A stretch of 64,000 nt of DNA from Tyzzerella sp. UBA1042 (GTDB lineage Bacteria > Bacillota > Clostridia > Lachnospirales > Anaerotignaceae), in contig DCDZ01000028.1 in NCBI GenBank assembly GCA_002316675.1, positions 3,002-67,001 of the forward strand, in the 5' to 3' direction. Of the stretch, positions 38,884-47,676 are shown piece by piece. How positions within the stretch are numbered: the first letter of the stretch is position 1; each line of letters begins with the position of its first letter. A program made the position numbers and the translations under genes. Under the pieces are notes generated by a model. That model had not been told where the DNA came from. It searched no databases and was given only the letters and a program-made list of their open reading frames with translations.

Positions 38884-40149
38884 ATGATGTACAGAAGCAG
38901 TTTAAAGAGAACAAGTGAAAAAATCCATACTTTTTCTAAGTTTGGCGATGCCGGCCACGGCGGAATTACAAGATATTCTTTATCCGACGAGGCGAAACAA
39001 GCAAGACAGTACTATGTAGAAAGAATGACGAAAATAGGAGCAACCATCGAAACAGACGATTTTGCCAATATGTATGCCACATTGCCGGGCAGCGATTCCA
39101 ATGCAAAAAGAATTGTTATGGCTTCCCATGCAGACTCTGTTAAAAACGGCGGAAACTATGACGGTATCTTGGGTGTTATCGGTGCCATGGAGGTTTTGGA
39201 AACAGTTGCGGCGGAGAAAATTCCCCATAAGCATCCTTTGACGGCAATGATCTGGACAAATGAGGAGGGGTCTCTTTATCCCCCTGCAATGATGAGCTCC
39301 GGTGTTGTTTGCAATGCGTATTTGCCAAAAGAAATTGCAAAAAATTTCAAGGAAGAAAATATGCTTGCATCTAAGAGTGTTTTAGATAAAGTTTCTACCT
39401 TTGGTGAAGCTTTGGAGAAAAGCGGTTTGAAAGGTGCAAAGGAAAACCGTTTGTCACCCGATAAATACAAAGCAATGTTTGAATTACATATTGAGCAGGG
39501 CCCTATTTTGGAGAATGCCGGCTTAGATGTTGGCGTGGTAACTTGTGTTTTGGGTATGTTTAACACCAGAATAAAATTCTATGGTCAGGCAGCTCATGCA
39601 GGCACATTCCCCATGGAATTCCGCCAAGATGCACTTTTTGCGGCAGCACAGGTACTTTGCTATCTTCATGCAGAAATCGATAAGCTTGGACATCCGGAAT
39701 TGGTATATACTACAGGCGAAATGGTTGTACATCCTTGTGTACATACGGTAATTCCTGATTATGTAGATTTCTCCATTGATGTGCGTCATGAAGATCCGGA
39801 GGTTCTGAAAAAGGTTTACCAGATTGTAAGAAGCCTGGAAGGAAAAGAATGGGCAAAATGCCGTTGTGAAGTTGTGGATCAATGGAATCGTGATACCGTT
39901 TATTTTGACAAGAAGCTAGTAGGTTATGTGAAAGAGGCCGCCGAAGAGTTGCATACCAAGCATCAATATATCAATAGTGGTGCGGGGCATGATGCACAGT
40001 TTGCGGCTTATGTATTACCGACAACCATGATATTTGTATCTTCTGAAAAAGGATTGTCTCATTGTGAACCAGAGCATACAAGTGATGAGGTTTGTAATGA
40101 AGGAATCAGCGTATTGCTGAATGCAGTTTTAAAGTGTGATAAAGAATAG
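38884..40149 (+). CDS. M20-family Zn-dependent amidohydrolase (N-carbamoyl-amino-acid / beta-ureidopropionase type)
   Basis: GGITRYSLSDE..., ASHADSVKNGGNYDGILGV, WTNEEG and HIEQGPILE motifs match the allantoate amidohydrolase / AmaB family. Confidence 0.85.
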   Translation: MMYRSSLKRTSEKIHTFSKFGDAGHGGITRYSLSDEAKQARQYYVERMTKIGATIETDDFANMYATLPGSDSNAKRIVMASHADSVKNGGNYDGILGVIGAMEVLETVAAEKIPHKHPLTAMIWTNEEGSLYPPAMMSSGVVCNAYLPKEIAKNFKEENMLASKSVLDKVSTFGEALEKSGLKGAKENRLSPDKYKAMFELHIEQGPILENAGLDVGVVTCVLGMFNTRIKFYGQAAHAGTFPMEFRQDALFAAAQVLCYLHAEIDKLGHPELVYTTGEMVVHPCVHTVIPDYVDFSIDVRHEDPEVLKKVYQIVRSLEGKEWAKCRCEVVDQWNRDTVYFDKKLVGYVKEAAEELHTKHQYINSGAGHDAQFAAYVLPTTMIFVSSEKGLSHCEPEHTSDEVCNEGISVLLNAVLKCDKE

Positions 40150-40188
40150 TTTTGTGAAAACAGAAAATTTTTATGACTAAGACTGCTG

Positions 40189-40223
40189 GGAGGCGTCTGA
40201 ACTTTGGGACGTCTCCTTCTTTC
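40189..40223 (+). terminator. candidate terminator after the amidohydrolase gene
   Basis: ggaggcgtc (40189-40197) pairs with gacgtctcc (40208-40216) with one mismatch, followed by a T-rich ttctttc. Confidence 0.4.
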
Positions 40224-40430
40224 ATCACATTTTGAATAAGAAACAATGGAAAGAAGGTTGATTTGAAAAGAAAAACGCAATTTGGGGATGAGGAATTTAA
40301 CAAAAAAGTTCTTGTTCATTTCGGCTTCTGAAGATAACAGAGACAAAAATAAGTTTTGGTTTGCCGTAAAAAGGAATCGGTGAAAGTTTAGGTGATACTA
40401 TGCAGATTGATCCTGAACAGATGAGAGGAG

Positions 40431-41717
40431 TTGAAGAATTTGAGTAAAGTAATTAAATCAACATATGTTTCTGAGGCTGTTGATGGCTTTACCCCAAGAA
40501 CCGCTATGGAGGAAGCTTCAAGGTGCTTATTATGCCATGATGCCCCTTGCAGCAAAAGCTGTCCAGCCGGCACAGATCCTGCAAAATTTATTCGCTCTAT
40601 TCGGTTTAGAAATGTTAAGGGTGCGGCGGAAACGATCAGAGAGAACAATGTTTTGGGTGGCAGCTGTGCCAGAGTCTGTCCTTATGATCGGCTTTGTGAA
40701 GAAGCTTGCAGCAGATGCGGCATTGATAAACCCATTGAGATTGGAAAATTACAAAGATTTGCTGTGGAGCAGGAGGAAGCTTTACATATGAATGTACTGC
40801 AGGTTCCCGCTACAAAGAAGGGTGTAAAGGTTGCCTGTGTTGGCTCCGGCCCCGCCTCTCTTGCTTGTGCGGCAATGCTTGCGCAAGAGGGATATGAGGT
40901 TACGATTTATGAAGCTGAGGAAAAGGCCGGCGGCGTTTTAACTTATGGGATTGCCCCCGCCAGATTGCCGCAGTATGTTGTTGATCATGATATTAGTACA
41001 GTGAAAAATTTAGGCGTAAAGTTCATTTTCAATACAAAGATTGGAAAAGATATTTCCATGGAAGCACTGCAAAAAGAATACGGTGCAATATTTATCGGTG
41101 TCGGCTTATGGCAGGAAAAACTTCCGGAAATCCCCGGTGTGGGCCTTCCCGGTGTTCTGGCGGCGGCAGATTTTTTGAAAAAAGCAAGAAAGTCAGGGGG
41201 TTCGTATCATCCCGGTAACAGGGTTGTTGTAATCGGCGGCGGCAACGTTGCTATGGACTGCGCTGTTTCTGCAAAACTATTGGGCGCAGAAAAGGTGGAT
41301 ATTTATTACAGAAGAACCATTGAGGAAGCACCCGCTGATATGGCGGAATTCCAGTATGTGCTGTCTCTGGGTGTTTCCATTACAACTAACTTTGCGCCTG
41401 CTGAGGTGCTTGGCACAGACAAAGTGGAAGCAATGCGCTTTAAAGGCAGAGACGGTGTATCTGAGGCAAAGGTTATGGTGGATACAGTTATTTTTGCAAT
41501 CGGACAAGGTGCAGATGATATGACAGAGTTAGCGCCCTTTGCACTGAATGAAAAAGGTTTAATTAAAGTTGATGATTTCTGCAAAACAAATATTGACGGT
41601 ATTTTTGCAGGTGGTGACGTGGCTTTAGGCGGGAAGACTGTTGTGGAAGCTGTTGCATCGGGTAAAATTGCGGCGGTACATATGATGAATTATCTTGCTA
41701 AGAAAGAGGTGAAGTAA
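40431..41717 (+). CDS. preT: NAD-dependent dihydropyrimidine dehydrogenase subunit PreT-like (glutamate synthase small-subunit fold)
   Basis: [23 protein letters not shown] (Fe-S) then [14 protein letters not shown] and [14 protein letters not shown] dinucleotide folds. TTG start after a GAGAGGAG RBS. Confidence 0.85.
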   Translation: MKNLSKVIKSTYVSEAVDGFTPRTAMEEASRCLLCHDAPCSKSCPAGTDPAKFIRSIRFRNVKGAAETIRENNVLGGSCARVCPYDRLCEEACSRCGIDKPIEIGKLQRFAVEQEEALHMNVLQVPATKKGVKVACVGSGPASLACAAMLAQEGYEVTIYEAEEKAGGVLTYGIAPARLPQYVVDHDISTVKNLGVKFIFNTKIGKDISMEALQKEYGAIFIGVGLWQEKLPEIPGVGLPGVLAAADFLKKARKSGGSYHPGNRVVVIGGGNVAMDCAVSAKLLGAEKVDIYYRRTIEEAPADMAEFQYVLSLGVSITTNFAPAEVLGTDKVEAMRFKGRDGVSEAKVMVDTVIFAIGQGADDMTELAPFALNEKGLIKVDDFCKTNIDGIFAGGDVALGGKTVVEAVASGKIAAVHMMNYLAKKEVK

Positions 41718-41718
41718 A

Positions 41719-42972
41719 ATGGGGATCAAAAAAGACTTATCTATTGATTATTTAGGTGTGAGATGTGAAAATCCTTTTTTCTTGTCCTCATCTCCTGTAG
41801 GCAGTAATTACGAAATGGTTGCCAAGGCTTTTGAAGCCGGCTGGGGCGGTGTTTTTTACAAGACAATCGGTATTTTCGTTGCGGATGAGTGCTCACCTCG
41901 TTTTGACCATGTGCAAAAAGAAGGGATGCCTTGGCTGGGCTTTAAGAATATGGAGCAGATTTCCGATAAGCCTACGGAAGTCAACTTTGAAAATATGTAT
42001 AAGCTAAAAAAGGCTTATCCCGAAAAAATCATGGTTGCTTCTATTATGGGCTCCAATGAGGAAGAGTGGCGTAAGCTGGCAAAAATGTGTGATGAAGTTG
42101 GTGTGGATTTAATTGAAGGAAACTTCTCTTGTCCTCAGATGACTTCCCATGCTATGGGCTCCGACGTTGGTACAAACCCAGACTTGGTGCGGGCGTATTC
42201 CAAGGCTGTGGCGGAAACCACAAAAATTCCTTTTATCGCAAAAATGACACCGAATATTACAGATATGACCATTCCTGCCATAGCAGCAATTGAAGGCGGC
42301 GCAAAGGGCATTTCTGCAATCAATACCATTAAATCCATCACAAATATTGACTTGGAAAATATGACGGCGATGCCCGTTGTAAACGGAAAATCCTCCATTT
42401 CCGGCTATTCCGGTGCGGCGGTGAAACCCATTGCCCTGCGCTTTGTGGCACAGCTGCTGCAAAATGAGAAGCTGAAAAATGTGCCTCTTTCCGGCATTGG
42501 CGGTATTGAAACATGGAGAGACTGCTTGGAATTCCTGCTGCTTGGATGCAGAAATCTGCAGGTAACTACATCTGTGATGCAGTATGGTTACAGAGTGGTT
42601 GAAGATATGTCTAATGGTCTGATGCACTGGATGGATGAAAGGGGCTATCATAAGCTGGATGATTTCATCGGATCAGCATTGGGCAACATCATTCCTGCGG
42701 AAGATTTGAACCGTGATTTTAAAATTTTGCCTGACTTTAGCCAGACAAAATGTGTTGGTTGCGGCAGATGCTACATTTCTTGCTACGATGCAGGCCATCA
42801 GGCAATTGATTGGAATGCGGATAAGCGCAGACCGGAATTAAACGAAAAATGCGTTGGCTGCCATCTCTGTCTGAATGTATGTCCTGTTGCAAATTGTATT
42901 ACACCGGGCGAAATCAAATGGAAAGACGGCAGAGAAAAAGTAGGCGTTGCTTTAAAGAAGTCTTATGAATAA
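41719..42972 (+). CDS. preA: dihydropyrimidine dehydrogenase subunit PreA-like (DHOD-fold plus two 4Fe-4S motifs)
   Basis: DHOD/DHPD-like barrel ([29 protein letters not shown]) and C-terminal [11 protein letters not shown] and [12 protein letters not shown] clusters. Confidence 0.9.
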   Translation: MGIKKDLSIDYLGVRCENPFFLSSSPVGSNYEMVAKAFEAGWGGVFYKTIGIFVADECSPRFDHVQKEGMPWLGFKNMEQISDKPTEVNFENMYKLKKAYPEKIMVASIMGSNEEEWRKLAKMCDEVGVDLIEGNFSCPQMTSHAMGSDVGTNPDLVRAYSKAVAETTKIPFIAKMTPNITDMTIPAIAAIEGGAKGISAINTIKSITNIDLENMTAMPVVNGKSSISGYSGAAVKPIALRFVAQLLQNEKLKNVPLSGIGGIETWRDCLEFLLLGCRNLQVTTSVMQYGYRVVEDMSNGLMHWMDERGYHKLDDFIGSALGNIIPAEDLNRDFKILPDFSQTKCVGCGRCYISCYDAGHQAIDWNADKRRPELNEKCVGCHLCLNVCPVANCITPGEIKWKDGREKVGVALKKSYE

Positions 42973-43029
42973 TCAGAATAAAAAGTTATAAATCTCTTTT
43001 CCCTCAAACATAAAACATACTTAAGAAGG

Positions 43030-43067
43030 CATCCCGTTTTGCAAAATGCAGACGGGGTGTTTTTTTG
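43030..43067 (+). terminator. candidate terminator after preA
   Basis: An imperfect stem catcccgttttgca...tgcagacggggtg is followed by a T7 run. Confidence 0.5.
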
Positions 43068-43133
43068 CGTTGTCATTGACCATCGGTTCCGAATAGGACG
43101 AGAGCATTTTTTATATAAATAAAAAAGGGGGGG

Positions 43134-43397
43134 ATGGAGGTGCTTGTATTGACGTTAGCCGAATTGGAAGAAATGAAGAAGGTCAATCCGTGGGAAATAG
43201 ACCCGGAGGAGCTAATTGATATTAATGATGTGGTGATTCGTACAGATTTGCCAAGGGAAGAAAGAATTGCCGATTTTATTCAGCAAATCAAAAATCCGTA
43301 CCTGTTTCGCTGCGGAGATTTGGTAGTCAAGGTAGAATTTACCGGAGAGGAAATTACGCTGTCAGATCGGATTCAGCAGTATATGAGGTTGATGTGA
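43134..43397 (+). CDS. small conserved hypothetical protein preceding the recombinase genes
   Basis: 87-aa ORF (LAELEEMKKVNPWEIDPEELIDINDV...NPYLFRCGDLVVKVEF). From memory, proteins of this kind often precede clostridial large serine recombinase genes. Its function is unknown. Confidence 0.6.
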   Translation: MEVLVLTLAELEEMKKVNPWEIDPEELIDINDVVIRTDLPREERIADFIQQIKNPYLFRCGDLVVKVEFTGEEITLSDRIQQYMRLM

Positions 43398-43450
43398 GCA
43401 TTGGAACCGTAGGAAAGTAGAGTACCTTTGTAGCTTTGAGAGGGTTGCGT

Positions 43451-45052
43451 ATGAAAGAAGACAAGGTGTATCGGGCGGGGATTTATCTACGGCTATCCCG
43501 GGAAGATGGGGATAAGGCAGAAAGCAATAGCGTACAGACACAAAGAACGCTGATTCAATCCTTTTTGAAGAAGAAAAAGGATATTTTTGTTGTGAGCGAA
43601 AAAATTGACGATGGTTTTAGCGGTGTAAGCTTTGAACGGCCGGCCTTTCGTGCGCTGATGGAGGAAATCAAAAGGGGTACCATCAATTGCGTGGTGGTAA
43701 AGGACCTTTCCCGTTTTGGCAGAAATTATTTGGAAGCGGGAAGGTATATTGAACAAATTTTCCCCTTTTTGGGTGTTCGTTTCATTGCTGTAAACGACAA
43801 TATCGATACTGCCCAAGATACTGCATATGAAAATTATATGATTGTACCCTTTAAAAATTTGTTAAATGACGCCTATAGTCGGGATATTTCCATAAAGGTG
43901 CGTTCTCAATTGGAGGCACGGCAAAAAAACGGTGAATTTGTGGGAGCCTTTCCTGTTTACGGATACCGCCGTTCTTCGGGAAATAAGCATAGGCTGGTGA
44001 TGGACGCCTCCGCCGCAGATATGGTAAAAAAGATATTTGCAATGCGTATTGGGGGATGGAATAATTTATACATAGCCCGGTATTTAAACCATCTGGGTAT
44101 CCCCTCCCCTGTAGAATATAAGGAAGGCTGTGCTTCAAACTATGCCACACCCTTCAAATTAAACCCCAAGGCAAAATGGTCCCCCGGGACAGTGGATCGG
44201 ATATTAAAAAATGCAATATACACGGGGGATTTGATACAAGGGAAGGAAACAACATTCAGCTATAAACTGAAAAAAAGAGTAAAAAAACCGGAAGAGGCTT
44301 GGATCAAAAGGGTGAATACCCATGAAGCCATTATACCAAGGGAGGACTTTGAAATTGCACAGCAAATTATGCAAAATGATACGAGAACAGCCCCCCAACA
44401 AAAAAGGCTTTATCCGCTGTCCGGGATGCTGAAATGCGGAGACTGCGGCAGTAATATGGTGCGTAAAACCGCAAGGGCCGGCGGAAAGGCCTATACCTAC
44501 TATATATGTGGGACAAATAAAGCAAATAAATGGGAATGCTCCAGCCATAGAATTCGGGAAGCTTTGGCAGAGGAAGCATTGCAGACGTTTTTTCAAAAAC
44601 AGATCACGTTATTTGAGCAATCGGTTCGGCTCCGGGAGAGAGAAATTCAGACAAAAAGAAATGAGAAAGAAGCAATGGAGAAGCTGCTAAATTCTCAGAA
44701 AGAAGAATTGTCTCGTAATAAAGAATTAATCAGATATTTATATGAGGATTTTTGCCGTGGCCTTCTTACTGAAGAGGAATATTTTTCTATGAAATTCGGC
44801 TATGAGGAAATTTGCAGTGCGCTTGCAAAGAGCTTGGAGGCTTTACTGTGCAAAAAAAAGGAGCTAGAAGCAGTGAAAGAGGGCGGTCATGAGAACGCTT
44901 CCGCTAAAAATAACAATGTTCAAATGGAACGCACTGCTGTGGTCGTATTCTTTGAAAAATTGATCGTGCTGGATAGCAAAACAATTCGGGTGATTCCTCG
45001 ATTTCAAGATGAACTCATGCTGTTTGCTAAGAGGAAAGAAGAACTGCGTTGA
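43451..45052 (+). CDS. large serine recombinase 1
   Basis: Catalytic N-domain YRAGIYLRLSREDGD...QTQR, VVKDLSRFGRNYLE, a recombinase domain, a Cys-rich zinc ribbon (CGDCGSNM...YYICG...C) and a coiled-coil tail. Confidence 0.9.
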   Translation: MKEDKVYRAGIYLRLSREDGDKAESNSVQTQRTLIQSFLKKKKDIFVVSEKIDDGFSGVSFERPAFRALMEEIKRGTINCVVVKDLSRFGRNYLEAGRYIEQIFPFLGVRFIAVNDNIDTAQDTAYENYMIVPFKNLLNDAYSRDISIKVRSQLEARQKNGEFVGAFPVYGYRRSSGNKHRLVMDASAADMVKKIFAMRIGGWNNLYIARYLNHLGIPSPVEYKEGCASNYATPFKLNPKAKWSPGTVDRILKNAIYTGDLIQGKETTFSYKLKKRVKKPEEAWIKRVNTHEAIIPREDFEIAQQIMQNDTRTAPQQKRLYPLSGMLKCGDCGSNMVRKTARAGGKAYTYYICGTNKANKWECSSHRIREALAEEALQTFFQKQITLFEQSVRLREREIQTKRNEKEAMEKLLNSQKEELSRNKELIRYLYEDFCRGLLTEEEYFSMKFGYEEICSALAKSLEALLCKKKELEAVKEGGHENASAKNNNVQMERTAVVVFFEKLIVLDSKTIRVIPRFQDELMLFAKRKEELR

Positions 45053-45067
45053 TATTTTTAAGGAGCA

Positions 45068-46051
45068 ATGAATATGGCAAGAAAAAGCAGAAAAATAAAG
45101 CAAGCCCCCCTCCTTGTAAATGAAAATAAAACGAAGTGCTACCGGGCAGGAATTTATGCAAGGATTTCTGTACCAGACGGGGAGTTGGATGGCACTTCGA
45201 TTGCCAATCAAATATGCATCGCAAAAAATTATCTGGACGAACAGAAGGATATGGTTTTAGCCGGGATTTATATCGACCATGGACAAACAGGCACCCATTT
45301 TGAGCGGCCTGCTTTTTTTAGACTTTTGCAGGATATTGAGGAGAAAAAAATAAATTGTATTCTCGTAAAAGATTTTTCTCGTTTTGGCAGAAACTATTTG
45401 GAGGTAGGGGAGTATCTGGAAAATTATTTTCCCCAAAAAAATATAAGATTTATTGCGGTGAACGACCATTTTGACAGCGTTCATAAGAGGAAGCAGGAGG
45501 ATTTGATTGTTTCCTTGAAAGCCATCGTCAACGATAGCTATGCAAAAGATATTTCAAAAAAAGTAAGTACGGCCATTACCGCAAAAAAGAAGGCGGGTAA
45601 ATTTATGAGCAGCAAGCTGCCTTATGGCTACAAACGCTCCGACACAGACAAATATCAGCTGGAAATCGTGGAGGCCCAGGCGGTAGTGGTAAGAAAAATA
45701 TATGAGCTGTACTTGGAAGGCTTTAGCGGGGCTGCCATTGCACGACGGCTGAATGATATGGGTGTGCCGTCGTGGCGGAAGCTGCGTTTTTTAGAAGGGT
45801 ACGGCGATGGCACAGAAAATGCCCTTTGGCATAGTGGGGCAGTCATTGGGATTTTAAGAAATCCGTGCTATTTGGGCTGCCTTGTGGAACGAAAAACGGA
45901 AAAAGTGCTGTATAAAGGCGGACAACTGCGGGCTTTTCCCAGAGAAAGCTGGAATATCATCGAAAATACCCATGAACCCATTATATCGCGGGAAACGTTT
46001 GACCGGGTTCAGTGTCTGTTAATGGGGCGAAATGGGGTGGTGAAAAAATAG
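45068..46051 (+). CDS. serine recombinase 2, short form without zinc-ribbon or coiled-coil
   Basis: YRAGIYARISVPDG..., LVKDFSRFGRNYLE and a recombinase domain. It ends after 327 aa, only 10 nt before the next gene. Confidence 0.8.
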   Translation: MNMARKSRKIKQAPLLVNENKTKCYRAGIYARISVPDGELDGTSIANQICIAKNYLDEQKDMVLAGIYIDHGQTGTHFERPAFFRLLQDIEEKKINCILVKDFSRFGRNYLEVGEYLENYFPQKNIRFIAVNDHFDSVHKRKQEDLIVSLKAIVNDSYAKDISKKVSTAITAKKKAGKFMSSKLPYGYKRSDTDKYQLEIVEAQAVVVRKIYELYLEGFSGAAIARRLNDMGVPSWRKLRFLEGYGDGTENALWHSGAVIGILRNPCYLGCLVERKTEKVLYKGGQLRAFPRESWNIIENTHEPIISRETFDRVQCLLMGRNGVVKK

Positions 46052-46061
46052 GGGGAGTATT

Positions 46062-47630
46062 ATGAAACTTGGTATCTATCTTCGTGTTTCTGATGAGGAT
46101 CTGCAGGGGGAAGAAAGCAATAGCATAGACGGACAAAGGGAAGTGCTGCATGGCTATATTCATAAAACGGAAGCGTTGTCAAAATGTGAGATTTTAGAGT
46201 TTTGCGACGATGGGTATAGTGGCACAAGCTTTCAAAGACCGGCGGTGCAGGCTCTGCTGCAAAAAGCCCGGGCGGGAGAAATTCATTGCATACTGGTGAA
46301 GGATTTCTCTCGTTTTGGCCGAAACTATATCGAGGTTGGAACATATGTGGAACAGCTTTTTCCAAATCTTGGTGTGCGCTTTATTTCCGTAAATGAACAT
46401 TTTGACAGCGGTGCATCCCAAGGGGAAGATACCTTCATAAGCACTGCATTTCAAAACCTTGTGTATGATCTTTACAGCAGAGATTTGTCACAAAAAATTA
46501 TCAGTGCGAAACGGGCTGCCGCCGGAGCCGGAAAGTTTGTCACAGCGTTTGCACCCTATGGCTATCGTAAAGATAAGGGACAGAGACTTTTCATTGATGA
46601 AGAGGCGGCCTTTGTGGTGAGAAGGATTTTTGCTGCAGCGGCCCAAGATGTATCCAAAACCGAAATTGCGGAAATGCTGAATCGTGAGAGGGTTCCCAGC
46701 CCCTTATGCCTTCGCAAGATGCGGGGGGAGCCTTTTCCTTCCTCCTTTGGGGGAAGAACCTATTTCTGGAACGCAGTCGCCATAAGCCGTATTTTAAAGG
46801 ACAGAAGATATGTGGGGGATGGGGTATACGGAAAAACACGAAGAACAGCCGTGGGCAGTATCGTAGAAGAAAAGGTGCCCAAAGAGGAATGGCTCCTTGT
46901 GCCCCACGCCCAGGAAGCCATTGTAAGCCGGGATATTTTTGAGGCGGTCAATGCCCAGTGTAAGACATACCGGAGGAGAAGAAAAACAGAAAGATATCCC
47001 CTTTCAAAAAAGGTGCACTGTGGTGTATGCAAGGGTAGAATACCCGGGAAAAGTGTAAGAGCAAAAAATGGAGAGGATGTAAGGGTTTTTTATCAATGCA
47101 GTACCTTGGCTTGTTCAAAAACCTGCGGCTGTTATGGGGGAAAATTTGAGGAAATGCAGCTTTCCAATATGATTTTAAGTGTTTTGAATCATTTTTCTAT
47201 CATTGCAGAGGGGAACCGCTGGAAAATAGAAAAGAAAAGGCAGGTGCAAACAGAAATAAACGGTATACAGGAATTTTTTATACAGCAGGAAAAGTTGCAA
47301 AAAAATCTTAACGTGACCATGCTCCGATTGTATGAAAGGTACCGAGAGAATGGGCTGAATGAAAAAACATTTTTAGAAAAAAAACGGAAAATACTGCATT
47401 TGACGGAAAAAAGCAAAGAAGAGATGGAAGAAAAGAAAAAAAGACTACATTTGCTATATGCAAATTTCAATAAAGAGTCTTACGAAGAGAACCAAAACTC
47501 TTTCTCTGCTTTCACAAGGAAGGAGGCAGAAAATTTTATTGATGCTGTGGTCATTGAGCAAGATGGTTCCATAAAAGTGATAGTTCCGTTTCGGGATGTT
47601 TTCACCAAACAGGGAGAGGCCCAGGAATAA
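46062..47630 (+). CDS. large serine recombinase 3
   Basis: MKLGIYLRVSDEDL...IDGQREV, LVKDFSRFGRNYIE, a recombinase domain, a Cys-rich motif (CGVCKGR...YQCS...C) and a coiled-coil tail. Its stop lies 47 nt from the shared GTA core at the right junction (about 49 nt from the element's right end). Confidence 0.9.
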   Translation: MKLGIYLRVSDEDLQGEESNSIDGQREVLHGYIHKTEALSKCEILEFCDDGYSGTSFQRPAVQALLQKARAGEIHCILVKDFSRFGRNYIEVGTYVEQLFPNLGVRFISVNEHFDSGASQGEDTFISTAFQNLVYDLYSRDLSQKIISAKRAAAGAGKFVTAFAPYGYRKDKGQRLFIDEEAAFVVRRIFAAAAQDVSKTEIAEMLNRERVPSPLCLRKMRGEPFPSSFGGRTYFWNAVAISRILKDRRYVGDGVYGKTRRTAVGSIVEEKVPKEEWLLVPHAQEAIVSRDIFEAVNAQCKTYRRRRKTERYPLSKKVHCGVCKGRIPGKSVRAKNGEDVRVFYQCSTLACSKTCGCYGGKFEEMQLSNMILSVLNHFSIIAEGNRWKIEKKRQVQTEINGIQEFFIQQEKLQKNLNVTMLRLYERYRENGLNEKTFLEKKRKILHLTEKSKEEMEEKKKRLHLLYANFNKESYEENQNSFSAFTRKEAENFIDAVVIEQDGSIKVIVPFRDVFTKQGEAQE

Positions 47631-47676
47631 AATGTTTGTGGCGATTTTTAAGATTTCGCCCTAAAATCACAGGAGA

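Noticed and set aside
42973-43133. I first expected the missing sigK 3' segment directly left of the recombinase module, which would make a minimal 4.6-kb element.
   Set aside because: All three minus-strand frames of this gap (…IKNALVLFGTDGQ*, …SSYSEPMVNDNAKK…, …SRPIRNRWSM…) lack the VSRIEK recognition helix. The exact continuation was found at 13065-13121 instead.
47602-47676. The last 24 codons of the ORF-track sigma ORF (SPVILGRNLKNRHKHFIPGPLPVW).
   Set aside because: This is read-through into the element and overlaps the end of recombinase 3. It is not sigma-like, so it is not treated as genuine coding sequence of sigK.
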